Assembly (NCBI GenBank): GCA_013287965.1
Contig: JABDCU010000001.1
Coordinates: 5,910 to 69,909 of the forward strand
Length of the DNA: 64,000 nucleotides
Direction: 5' to 3'
Source of the DNA: Candidatus Omnitrophota bacterium
GTDB lineage: Bacteria; Omnitrophota; Gorgyraeia; Zapsychrales; Fredricksoniimonadaceae
In this document: positions 18,177-26,741 of the stretch, in pieces
Position numbering within the stretch: position 1 is the stretch's first letter
How the letters are laid out: each line of letters begins with the position of its first letter
Position numbers and translations under genes: made by a program
Notes under the pieces: model-generated
What the model saw: only the letters and a program-made list of their open reading frames with translations
Told to the model about the DNA's origin: nothing
The model's database searches: none

Positions 18177-20407
18177 TTCTGCTTCCCGCATGCTTGCAGT
18201 TTTTGGGTCAAAACACCAACGAGCCGGCCCTGTTCATTAATTTTGTCCAAGGCCTGTTGTAATTTTTCCCGAAGGCGGTCACCTTTAGGCAGGACTTCCC
18301 TCTTGCCGGTCAATGCCCTGATCTGGTCCTGCAAATCACCCTCTCTTACAACGGAACGCTCTTTAAGGCGGGTCACTTCCATGTTTTTATATTTCAGGTC
18401 TTCAGTCTGACGGTCCATTTCCTGCCGGGCCTGTACCAACTGGTCCTTCAGGCTTTTAAATTCCCTGGTCTGGCTCTTGAATTCTTTGGCATACTCATCG
18501 AAATCGGCCTTTATCTGGCTCAACGCCTGGTCTTTCTTGGCCAGCTCGATGGTGGCTTTCTTCAACCCGGTCCTTAAGAAGTTTATCTCGTCGCTGCTTG
18601 GCATGCCGGCAAGCTCTTCGCGGACCAGGGCCAGGTCGGTCTTAAGGCTTGTTATTTCCTTCACCTGCTCGTCATCCATGGCCTGCAGTCCGTTTATCTT
18701 GTCCTGATACCCATTGATCTTCTCGTCCATCGCCTTCTGCTGGGCCATGGCAAGGCTCAGGTCTTTTGCCTGGGTCTCACTGTCCTTCGCATTGGCCCAT
18801 TGCTGCAGATCGTACATGTCCTTTTTAATTTTAACGACCTGCGCTTCTTTCTCCTGCACTTGGGCGTTTAGATCAGCGACTTGGGCTTCCATCCGGGCCT
18901 GATAGTTCTTGAAAAATAATATTTGCCTCAATTGCTCATTGTAGGCACTGTCCCTGGATTCCAGTTTTTTCTGGTAATTGGCCATCATCAAGGTCATCTT
19001 ATCCGACTGGGCAATTTTACTGTCTAATTGCTGTTTTAAGGAATCCGCCTCTTGTTTGACCTCTTGGGCTGACTGGACCTGTGTTTTTAATGAATCTACC
19101 TGCTGGCGCTCTTGGTCCAGCTCGTCTTTCAATGCTTGTATACGATTTTGCATGTCCGCATTCTGGACCTGGTGGTCGGCCAATAATCTTTTGACCTTAT
19201 TCTCAAAAGCCAGGAAATGCCTGTCTAACATGGCATTTTGGTCTGCTTCAAGATCACTTTTCTCATCTAACAAAGCTGTTTCCTGCTGCTGCAGGTCGAT
19301 GAGCTGTCGTGCCAAGTCCATGTTTTCATTCAACCGGACAGAGCTCTTACGGGAATCCTTTTCTTCGTTCGCCTTAGTCTGCAGGATTGCCTGAATATCC
19401 GCCTTCATTTTAGCAATTTGATCTTCTTTCCAGGACATGTGCTGTGCAAAATCTTCCTTAATATCCCGTACTTCTCCCTGGACTTGCTGCAAAGATATCC
19501 GTTCTTCCTGTGAAGTTAGTTTATAATATTCCGCCTTTTCTTTAGCAACGGCCAAGACCTGCCTTAACCAACGGACAGATTCATTGTCATTAGGCTGGAC
19601 AACAACCGGTGGAATTTCCACGGCTCCTGGTGCCGCAGCAACATTACTGCCCCTGGCTTGCAATTCAGTGATCTTATGCTCAAGCTCTTCTTTTAACAGG
19701 TCGATCTGTTCTTGCTTCTTGGCCAGCTGCTGACCATTAGAGGCATTAACAATGACCGGCGGCAGTGCCACCACTCCTGAAACAGGGGATTTAACATTCG
19801 ACTGGATTATCACCGACGGCAATTCCACCGCCCCTGAAGGAGCGCTGAGTTGAACGATGACCGGTGAAAGCGGCATGGGTGCTTTCAATTCATTTTTGGC
19901 CATGACCAGGCTGTCTTTTAGCCGCGCCATCTGTTGGTCTTTTTGGGCCATGATCTCATCGAAATGGGAGATCTTTTGGTCCACTTCACCCAGCCTTTCA
20001 ACGAGCATTTGGATCTTGTCCTGCTGCTCTTGCGCGATTTTTTTGTACCCTTCAATGATCTTCTCTTTTTGGTCTGACGCGCCCAACCCTTCATCTCTGA
20101 GCTTATCGTCCAAAGCCGTCATCTCGTCTTTAAGGTCCGTCAGCATTTGGTATCTCTGCGCGAGCAGACCGCTCTTGCCTTCTAAATATCCCCGGTCTTC
20201 TGTCATGGCATCTGTATCCTCGGTCAAGGTGATCAGATCACCGTAACGCGAAACCCACATTTCGGGCAGGCCATAAGGTTGAACAATGATCGGCGAAACT
20301 TGCATGACCTCGGCGGCCCAACCGGGACCAACAGCAGAAAAGCCGAAACAAATGATCAAAGCACTGATAAAAAAATTCCTATTCATAAACACATCCTTAT
20401 TTGACAT
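18173..20407 (-). CDS. Exported long coiled-coil hypothetical protein
   Basis: Signal peptide, Q/K/E/L-rich heptads and repeated LPPVxVQ-like motifs. Confidence 0.75.
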   Translation of the reverse strand: MSNKDVFMNRNFFISALIICFGFSAVGPGWAAEVMQVSPIIVQPYGLPEMWVSRYGDLITLTEDTDAMTEDRGYLEGKSGLLAQRYQMLTDLKDEMTALDDKLRDEGLGASDQKEKIIEGYKKIAQEQQDKIQMLVERLGEVDQKISHFDEIMAQKDQQMARLKDSLVMAKNELKAPMPLSPVIVQLSAPSGAVELPSVIIQSNVKSPVSGVVALPPVIVNASNGQQLAKKQEQIDLLKEELEHKITELQARGSNVAAAPGAVEIPPVVVQPNDNESVRWLRQVLAVAKEKAEYYKLTSQEERISLQQVQGEVRDIKEDFAQHMSWKEDQIAKMKADIQAILQTKANEEKDSRKSSVRLNENMDLARQLIDLQQQETALLDEKSDLEADQNAMLDRHFLAFENKVKRLLADHQVQNADMQNRIQALKDELDQERQQVDSLKTQVQSAQEVKQEADSLKQQLDSKIAQSDKMTLMMANYQKKLESRDSAYNEQLRQILFFKNYQARMEAQVADLNAQVQEKEAQVVKIKKDMYDLQQWANAKDSETQAKDLSLAMAQQKAMDEKINGYQDKINGLQAMDDEQVKEITSLKTDLALVREELAGMPSSDEINFLRTGLKKATIELAKKDQALSQIKADFDEYAKEFKSQTREFKSLKDQLVQARQEMDRQTEDLKYKNMEVTRLKERSVVREGDLQDQIRALTGKREVLPKGDRLREKLQQALDKINEQGRLVGVLTQKLQACGKQN

Positions 20408-20759
20408 TATTATATTCGGAATTAAGATTTTCCCGCATCCGCATTATTTGGCCCCGTAATTCTTCTATTGATTTTTTTTCGGCCTCAATGGCTTCCTTCA
20501 AACCAATCGGTTTTTCCACCACCGGCAAATGTCCCATGTCCTTAAGATACTGTAAGGCCTGGACCTGATGGTCATCATAGGTCAAGACGCGGTCAAAAAC
20601 AGCGCGGGCCTCATTAAAATCCCCGCGATCATAAAGTTTCTGGCCATATTGCATCAAGGCATTAACAGTCAAAAATTTCATCCCTTCCATATTATTTTGG
20701 GCAAAAGATGGCCCGGCAATAAACAAGCATAAAGCAAGAATAAAAATAGTTTTTTTCAT
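20397..20759 (-). CDS. Small exported TPR/coiled-coil protein
   Basis: Signal peptide ...PSFA and a single TPR-like segment GQKLYDRGDFNEARAVFDRVL. Confidence 0.7.
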   Translation of the reverse strand: MKKTIFILALCLFIAGPSFAQNNMEGMKFLTVNALMQYGQKLYDRGDFNEARAVFDRVLTYDDHQVQALQYLKDMGHLPVVEKPIGLKEAIEAEKKSIEELRGQIMRMRENLNSEYNNVK

Positions 20760-20915
20760 TAGAGTTGTAAGTTATTATATTTCAAATAGTTAAAAAATAC
20801 TGATTAACGCGAAACTGTCGTCTTCCAGAATTAAGATGTTGTCTGGAAAGTATAACATTTCTTAGACAGCGTTGTCAAGGTGAGGAGGTTCCCCTAGGCC
20901 AAATCTTTGGGGGTA

Positions 20916-21482
20916 CTATTGCGGAGCAACTGCTGGAACTGCCGTTAAATTGACTTCTTTAATGACTTTAAAATCATGGTCATATTTTGTGATCTTATTA
21001 GAGGTGACCACAATGATGCCGCCATCAGAAGTGCTGACCACTGATCTATCCGTACCGCCTGATGCCGGTGGTGCTGCTGATTGCTCCTGGGACGGTGCTG
21101 GCGCCGGGCTTGAGGCAGCGGGCGCGGCATTCCCACTGCGCACGCTCATGAACCTTACTAAAGAATCTTGTTCATCCTTGTAATACGGGACAACTGCAGC
21201 GGGCGGACGATTCATGACCGCCCCTACATCAGCAAGGGTCATCTCTACCGCTGCTTCCCGGGGCATTTCCATGGCCTTCCCATCAATAGATGAGATCTCC
21301 CCTAAAAAAAAGGTCTTCGGCGTTCCGCCGACATCCACCATTATGCGCAGTTCTGTGTGTTCAATGATATTCCCTGTTATTCTTTCACCTGAATTAAGGA
21401 CAAGCGTTGTTGCATCTGCCATAGGTGACACCCAAAGGCTTATCATTAATACGGCCAGGTATCCAAACAATGCTTTAAGCAC
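20916..21482 (-). CDS. Exported hypothetical protein
   Basis: Signal peptide, TLVLNSGERITGNII beta domain and a Pro/Ala-rich linker. Confidence 0.75.
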   Translation of the reverse strand: MLKALFGYLAVLMISLWVSPMADATTLVLNSGERITGNIIEHTELRIMVDVGGTPKTFFLGEISSIDGKAMEMPREAAVEMTLADVGAVMNRPPAAVVPYYKDEQDSLVRFMSVRSGNAAPAASSPAPAPSQEQSAAPPASGGTDRSVVSTSDGGIIVVTSNKITKYDHDFKVIKEVNLTAVPAVAPQ

Positions 21483-21567
21483 AACTCCCCCTTATTTTAA
21501 AACTCAGCCAAGTCCTTCCAATTAAAATAAATCTAATTTCGTCAACAGTCAACAGATGTTTGGAAAA

Positions 21568-22749
21568 TCAGGAGTGAGGCAGCATGCTGACAATGCCCGT
21601 CGCGAAGATCAAAGCAATAAAAAACCAATAAATGAACCTGTTGAATCCTTTCAAAGAAAAATTGCCCATCAATTTCTTGTTTGAAGCGATCACGCCCAGT
21701 ATGACCGCGGGCGCTATCAGCACAATGATCTGCAGGACCATCAAGTTCAGGGCGAGTTTTATAAGGTTAAATGAAAAAAGCGGGATCAGCACGGCGGGGA
21801 TCGATTCAATAAGATATACCTTAAACCAGTGCTTTTTCCCCCATCCCATGGCTTCTGTGACACCCCAACAACTTCCGAGAGAAATAACGATGAGCGCGAT
21901 AAAAGACGCTGTGATAAGGCCAACGCCAAAGACATACGGAGCGAAATGCCCTGCTACTGATGACAGGCTTTGTGAAAGGACCTTCGGGGACGTAAAATCC
22001 AAAGAGTTAGCACTTATTCCAATGGCAGATACCGCGATGGCCACCATGATCAATTCGGAAAATATCGCGCCTATCAAGGTCTCGAATCTCACGGCCCACA
22101 CGCTTGAACTGTCTGTCCCCTTTTCCACTGTCGCGGAGACCTGATAGAACAACATAAAAGGCATGATGACCGCCCCGATATTGGCGGCAAGCATGAAAAT
22201 AAAGTCTGGGGACGTGGAAAAATAAAACGGTACGACCACGATCCCATGCCGCGCCGTCAGGAAGGCGGCCACGATCCATACAACGGCGAAAATAAGAGAG
22301 CAAATAAGCAAGGGCTTTTCCGCCTCCGCGTATTTCCTGTTGTACACCACGACCACATGGGCCAAAAACGCGATCGGCACGGAGATCCAGGGCGATACCC
22401 CCATCATCTGAAAGCCGACGGCGATCCCGGTATACTCGACGATATAGCTGATGATGTCCACCAGGGCCATCGGTATGGCGGCCAGCACCGCGATGTGCCT
22501 GCTGTAATTTTCCCTGATCAGTTCGCCCAATCCCTTGCCTGTGACAGCACCCACCCGGCCTGCTACTTCCTGGATGACATATAAGGGAATGACCAACAGC
22601 ATTAAAAACCAGACAAGCTTTGTCCCGTACTGCGCCCCGGTGTCAGCAGCCGTGATGGCGCTGGCCGCGTCAACATCAGCGATCATGACGAGCCACGCGG
22701 GCCCCCATGTGCTGATGATCTTCCCCACTTTTCCTTTTAATCGCTTCAT
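21568..22749 (-). CDS. NRAMP-family divalent metal transporter (divergent motifs)
   Basis: GPAWLVMIADVDAAS, GAQYG, VTGKGLGELIRE, GAVIMPF; about 11 TM segments. Confidence 0.85.
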   Translation of the reverse strand: MKRLKGKVGKIISTWGPAWLVMIADVDAASAITAADTGAQYGTKLVWFLMLLVIPLYVIQEVAGRVGAVTGKGLGELIRENYSRHIAVLAAIPMALVDIISYIVEYTGIAVGFQMMGVSPWISVPIAFLAHVVVVYNRKYAEAEKPLLICSLIFAVVWIVAAFLTARHGIVVVPFYFSTSPDFIFMLAANIGAVIMPFMLFYQVSATVEKGTDSSSVWAVRFETLIGAIFSELIMVAIAVSAIGISANSLDFTSPKVLSQSLSSVAGHFAPYVFGVGLITASFIALIVISLGSCWGVTEAMGWGKKHWFKVYLIESIPAVLIPLFSFNLIKLALNLMVLQIIVLIAPAVILGVIASNKKLMGNFSLKGFNRFIYWFFIALIFATGIVSMLPHS

Positions 22750-22822
22750 TAAAACTACCTTCTATGTTATTTCTAGAGATGTGCCGTTTCCCAAAAATCA
22801 TATTAGAAAAACGGCGTTCATA

Positions 22823-23575
22823 TTAAAACTCGTACTCGATGACCCATTTCAATTCTCCCCGGGGGGCCGCGTCGGACATGCCGAATAAATAACCGATATC
22901 ATATTTAACATGCCTGTTCAGGCGGCCGTAAAAAACAGGTCCGGCCTGATGGCTTTGCTGATTATAGTCTAACTGATGGGCAACCGCACTAAAATCGTTG
23001 TAATACTCAACACCCGGCTCAAAATAAGGGGAAAGGCGGTATTTAGTGCTCCAGGACATTCCGCCGTCAATATGCGGGTTGGCGCCGCTGCCGCCAATTT
23101 CTTTATTGAAACTAATGTTAAGGATATTGGTGATCTTATCTATGGATTTTTCCAGCAAGATCTTCCCTTCAAATTTCCCCGCCTGTTTATCGATAAGGGG
23201 TGCCTCATAGGCAAGATAAAGTCCCGGGTCCAGCCAATATTCCCCTTTGGGGGCAAGTTGAAAAATATTCTCCCATTCCGTATGGGTTGCTTGGAGCTTT
23301 GTGACGGAACCATCTGTAGGCAATGTTTCCATTTCTACTTCTAATTCCGTTGCCCAATGACTGGTGACCCCATAACCGATCGCATTTTTATACTCTTGTA
23401 CTGCATTTTTATTCTTGGCACGGTCAAGATCATACAGCCCTGTTGTTTCATATTCCCATTCCCCTTGTGTCACATATGGCTCGAACACCCGCTTCTCGGC
23501 GAAGGCAGGATTGCACAAACTAACTATTATTGTCATTCCCGCGACAGCGGGAATCCATAAATATTTATTGAGCAA
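22823..23575 (-). CDS. Putative outer-membrane beta-barrel protein of a metal-uptake cluster
   Basis: Signal peptide, alternating beta strands and C-terminal IEYEF; adjacent to the cupredoxin. Confidence 0.7.
   Translation of the reverse strand: MLNKYLWIPAVAGMTIIVSLCNPAFAEKRVFEPYVTQGEWEYETTGLYDLDRAKNKNAVQEYKNAIGYGVTSHWATELEVEMETLPTDGSVTKLQATHTEWENIFQLAPKGEYWLDPGLYLAYEAPLIDKQAGKFEGKILLEKSIDKITNILNISFNKEIGGSGANPHIDGGMSWSTKYRLSPYFEPGVEYYNDFSAVAHQLDYNQQSHQAGPVFYGRLNRHVKYDIGYLFGMSDAAPRGELKWVIEYEF
23531..23557 (+). repeat. Palindromic element family A, antisense to the gene, inside the signal-peptide coding region
   Basis: tgtcattcccgcgacagcgggaatcca, reading WIPAVAGMT in the gene frame. Confidence 0.95.
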
Positions 23576-23903
23576 CGATAATTCCCTTAGCGATGTCTTG
23601 ATGAAAATCTCCCCAATATTTATATGTTCCCGGCTTTAGCGGGCCCAGAAAAACGGTGATCTGTTTACCGCCTTCTACAACCTGCTCACGGTCTAAATCA
23701 AAGCTTTCAAATTCTTCCGCGGCAGGGTCCTGATTATCAACTATTATCCGGATCTTTTGGCCGGCAGGGACTGTTAATTGCGGCGGTATAAATTGATGGT
23801 CTTTGATCACAATGGTGTTGGGAGCTAAAGTTTGGGCCAAACACAAAACCGGCAGCCAAATACAAACGCCTAAAACCAAATAAACAATTGAACGAACAAG
23901 CAT
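23565..23903 (-). CDS. Cupredoxin-domain protein (EfeO/FtrB-like)
   Basis: FIPPQLTVPAGQ, EEFES, GPLKPGTYKYWGDFH. Confidence 0.88.
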   Translation of the reverse strand: MLVRSIVYLVLGVCIWLPVLCLAQTLAPNTIVIKDHQFIPPQLTVPAGQKIRIIVDNQDPAAEEFESFDLDREQVVEGGKQITVFLGPLKPGTYKYWGDFHQDIAKGIIVAQ

Positions 23904-23988
23904 TTTTCCCCCTTAATATTAACTACGTCATTATTCGACTTATTTGAATCCATTAAAAAAGCTCTTTTAATTTTAGAAAAAAGAGCTT

Positions 23989-24037
23989 AACTAAGTCTTA
24001 CATTGACTTAGTTTAATAAATCATTTTGTTTTGTCAA
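23989..24037 (-). promoter_or_regulatory. Promoter with overlapping palindromic operator for the metal-uptake cluster
   Basis: TTGACA(24037-24032)-N16-TAAACT, plus palindrome AACTAAGTC-N7-GACTTAGTT at 23989-24013. Confidence 0.6.
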
Positions 24038-24038
24038 G

Positions 24039-24093
24039 AAAAACCGGGACACATTGACTTTTCCAGCAAAAAAGTCAATGTGTCCCGGTTTTT
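24039..24093. repeat. Palindromic element family B, copy 2 (overlaps a stop codon; possible terminator)
   Basis: 24-bp arms AAAAACCGGGACACATTGACTTTT with a 7-nt loop. Confidence 0.95.
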
Positions 24094-24472
24094 ACTGGCG
24101 GGCTAACCATAGTAAAAAACACGGGACCGCGGTCCCTAAAAATAAGCAGGACCAAACGATCCACGGACGCGTGTACTTAAACGCCATAAGGATGCCAAGC
24201 ATGGTGGTGACCAACAGCCCCAGGGACATCAAAACAACTAGATCCTGAAAAGGCACTGACGACTCCGGGGCCATTTTACTGTCAACCCATCGCTGGTCTT
24301 TGTGCACTTGTGAAAGGGACTTGATGATCGCCGGCGGTTTATACCTGCCGTCTTTACTGGCCTCATGGAAACCAAAGACCTGCAGGCACCCGCTGATAAG
24401 AAAAAAAACCAGCAATGGTGCAAAGAAAACCCCTAAATATAAATGAATGTTCCTCATGACCTTGATATTCAT
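24092..24472 (-). CDS. PepSY-associated TM-helix-like small membrane protein
   Basis: MRNIHLYLGVFFAPLLVFFLISG...LSQVHK pattern. Confidence 0.7.
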   Translation of the reverse strand: MNIKVMRNIHLYLGVFFAPLLVFFLISGCLQVFGFHEASKDGRYKPPAIIKSLSQVHKDQRWVDSKMAPESSVPFQDLVVLMSLGLLVTTMLGILMAFKYTRPWIVWSCLFLGTAVPCFLLWLARQ

Positions 24473-24481
24473 AAACGCCTC

Positions 24482-26731
24482 CTAGGTTAATTTCACCGGG
24501 GTCTCCGGCCTGGCCATCAGGTATCCCTGGCCAAAGGCCACCCTCAGCTCACGCAACACCTCTAGATCTTCCCTGGTTTCAATGCCTTCAGCGATCACAG
24601 AAGCTTTACAGCTTTCGATGACTTTTAAAAGACGTTTTAAACTGTTGGATTTTCCTGCGTCTTTTGAGATGCCATTGATGATCTTCCTGTCTATTTTCAC
24701 GATGTCCGGTTCTAAAAGGACCAGGGTCTCAATGGAACTGTGGCCGAAACCATAATCATCGAGGGCGATCAGGATCCCCGCCTCTTTGAGCTTCGTGACA
24801 CAAGGGACCAAATAAAGCGGGTCCCTTAAAATTTGCTGTTCATTGATCTCAAGGCAAAATTTGATGTTTTTCCCGGCAGACGCGAAATCCTGCAGCAGGC
24901 GCTCAACCGGGACCTCCGTGAGCGTGGAAGGAAAAATATTGATATAGACCCTCTGGGTGACCGGGACAACGGCTGCGGCCTCCTTAAGCGCCTTCAAACA
25001 TGTTTTCAGGCAGGCATAGTCAACGGTCCCCAAAATATCGGCATTGCGGGCAAAAAGAAAAAATGCATCAGGAGAAGAATACTCTTCATGGTCCAGGCGG
25101 GACAAAAGTTCAAAGCCCACCTTTGCCATGCTGCGTAGATCAAATATCGGCTGGGAAGCAGCGTAAAATTTATCGCCCGCGGCCAGGACTTTCTTGAGCT
25201 GAGAAGCAGCGTCGGGAACTTTCAAGCCGGCCTTAACCCGCTCCCCCTGGTACGCAATGCGGTCCTTGCCTTCACTCTTGCTTAAATGCAAAGATACATG
25301 TAATTGCTGGAGCAGTCCATCAATGGAAACAGGTGCCTCCCCCATAGGCACGATGCCTATGCTGCAGGTGGCCTTAACGACCTTCCCGAAGGAAGCTCCC
25401 ACAGAAGCCCGGGCAACAGCCATGCGTATCTTGTCCGCGACCTTGACCGCGTCCCCTTGCTTGCTGTCGAGCAAAAGCACCATGAACTCATCCCCGCCCA
25501 CCCTTGCAACGTAATCCGTCTGGCGGACCGTCTGGCGTATCTTATCAGCGACGGCAACAATGATGGCGTCCCCGATCCCATGGCCATGGCGGTCATTGAT
25601 CTGTTTGAAATTATCCAGGTCCAAAAGCAAGACCTGGATGCTTAGCCCCAGGCGCCGGACCATGTCGAATGTTTTTAACAGGACATCCTGCAGCCCCCTG
25701 CGGTTGAGGACCCCTGTCAATGGGTCATGGATGGCCATGGCCTGCAATTTTTTGATCGGATCAAAAATGGCCTCCGCGAATAATACACAACCCGCGATAA
25801 CAAGGAGCACGATCAAAAGGCAGATGATAAAAAACAAGGTGCGGATATTGCTGATCGAGGCAAAGACTTCCCCTCTATCGATTTTAGTGACCAACTGCCA
25901 ATTGACAAACGGGACATCCTGCCACACCGACAATACTTTATTGCCACGGTAATCAACGGTCTCTCTTATTTTCTTATCGACGGGCGGTGCTTTAAAGGCA
26001 AGCGCTGCCCGCTTGTTTAAAATGGCCTGAGGATCGTATAACAGAGGACTGATGAATAAATATTGATCATCCGCCATTTTTTTGACCAAAAACGTCTCCC
26101 CTGTACTGCCTAAACCCGTATTGTCCGAAATAAACTGGTAAATAACATTCATGTCCACTTCCAGGACGATGTATCCGGCGAACTGACTCTGTGTATCATG
26201 GGCCGCTGAAAGCAGATATAAAATGTACGGGTGCTTCCAATCCTTGGCCGCCACCGGGCCGCTGATATAGATATCTTTTTGGGCCTTTTGAAGCACGGCG
26301 TCATTAAAAAAAGTCCTGTCCAGATAGGTGCGGGCGTGCGCCGGGTCGGCGACAAAGACATCCTTGCCCTTCTTGTCCAAAAGAAGTATGTCGGCATAGG
26401 CGTAAGAATTCATGAAAGCCCGAAGCTGGTCATCCAATTGTAATTTGGCTTTGGAGTAGGCAAAACTGTAGCGGTCCCGGTCAAATTCCTGCAAGGTGGG
26501 AAGGTTTATCTGCACATCTGAAAACCCCTGGATGGCCCTTAAGTCTTCTTTTCTGGAATTAAAAAAAGTTTCCAGTTTATTTTGCTTAAGGGCTGAGACC
26601 GCCTTAAGCCGGTCATAGATCTCCCCTTTTAATTCTTTTTGGGTATTATAAAGGAAGATACCTGCCACGAGGACCAGCGGGATGATCGACAGGCTCAATG
26701 ATAAGATGATTATTTTCGCGTATATGCGCAT
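24482..26731 (-). CDS. Membrane Cache-sensor diguanylate cyclase/phosphodiesterase (GGDEF-EAL)
   Basis: Two TMs flank a periplasmic domain. HDPLTG, RVGGDEF, FELLSR, LDDYGFG, AEGIET. Confidence 0.92.
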   Translation of the reverse strand: MRIYAKIIILSLSLSIIPLVLVAGIFLYNTQKELKGEIYDRLKAVSALKQNKLETFFNSRKEDLRAIQGFSDVQINLPTLQEFDRDRYSFAYSKAKLQLDDQLRAFMNSYAYADILLLDKKGKDVFVADPAHARTYLDRTFFNDAVLQKAQKDIYISGPVAAKDWKHPYILYLLSAAHDTQSQFAGYIVLEVDMNVIYQFISDNTGLGSTGETFLVKKMADDQYLFISPLLYDPQAILNKRAALAFKAPPVDKKIRETVDYRGNKVLSVWQDVPFVNWQLVTKIDRGEVFASISNIRTLFFIICLLIVLLVIAGCVLFAEAIFDPIKKLQAMAIHDPLTGVLNRRGLQDVLLKTFDMVRRLGLSIQVLLLDLDNFKQINDRHGHGIGDAIIVAVADKIRQTVRQTDYVARVGGDEFMVLLLDSKQGDAVKVADKIRMAVARASVGASFGKVVKATCSIGIVPMGEAPVSIDGLLQQLHVSLHLSKSEGKDRIAYQGERVKAGLKVPDAASQLKKVLAAGDKFYAASQPIFDLRSMAKVGFELLSRLDHEEYSSPDAFFLFARNADILGTVDYACLKTCLKALKEAAAVVPVTQRVYINIFPSTLTEVPVERLLQDFASAGKNIKFCLEINEQQILRDPLYLVPCVTKLKEAGILIALDDYGFGHSSIETLVLLEPDIVKIDRKIINGISKDAGKSNSLKRLLKVIESCKASVIAEGIETREDLEVLRELRVAFGQGYLMARPETPVKLT

Positions 26732-26741
26732 GGCCAGCGGC

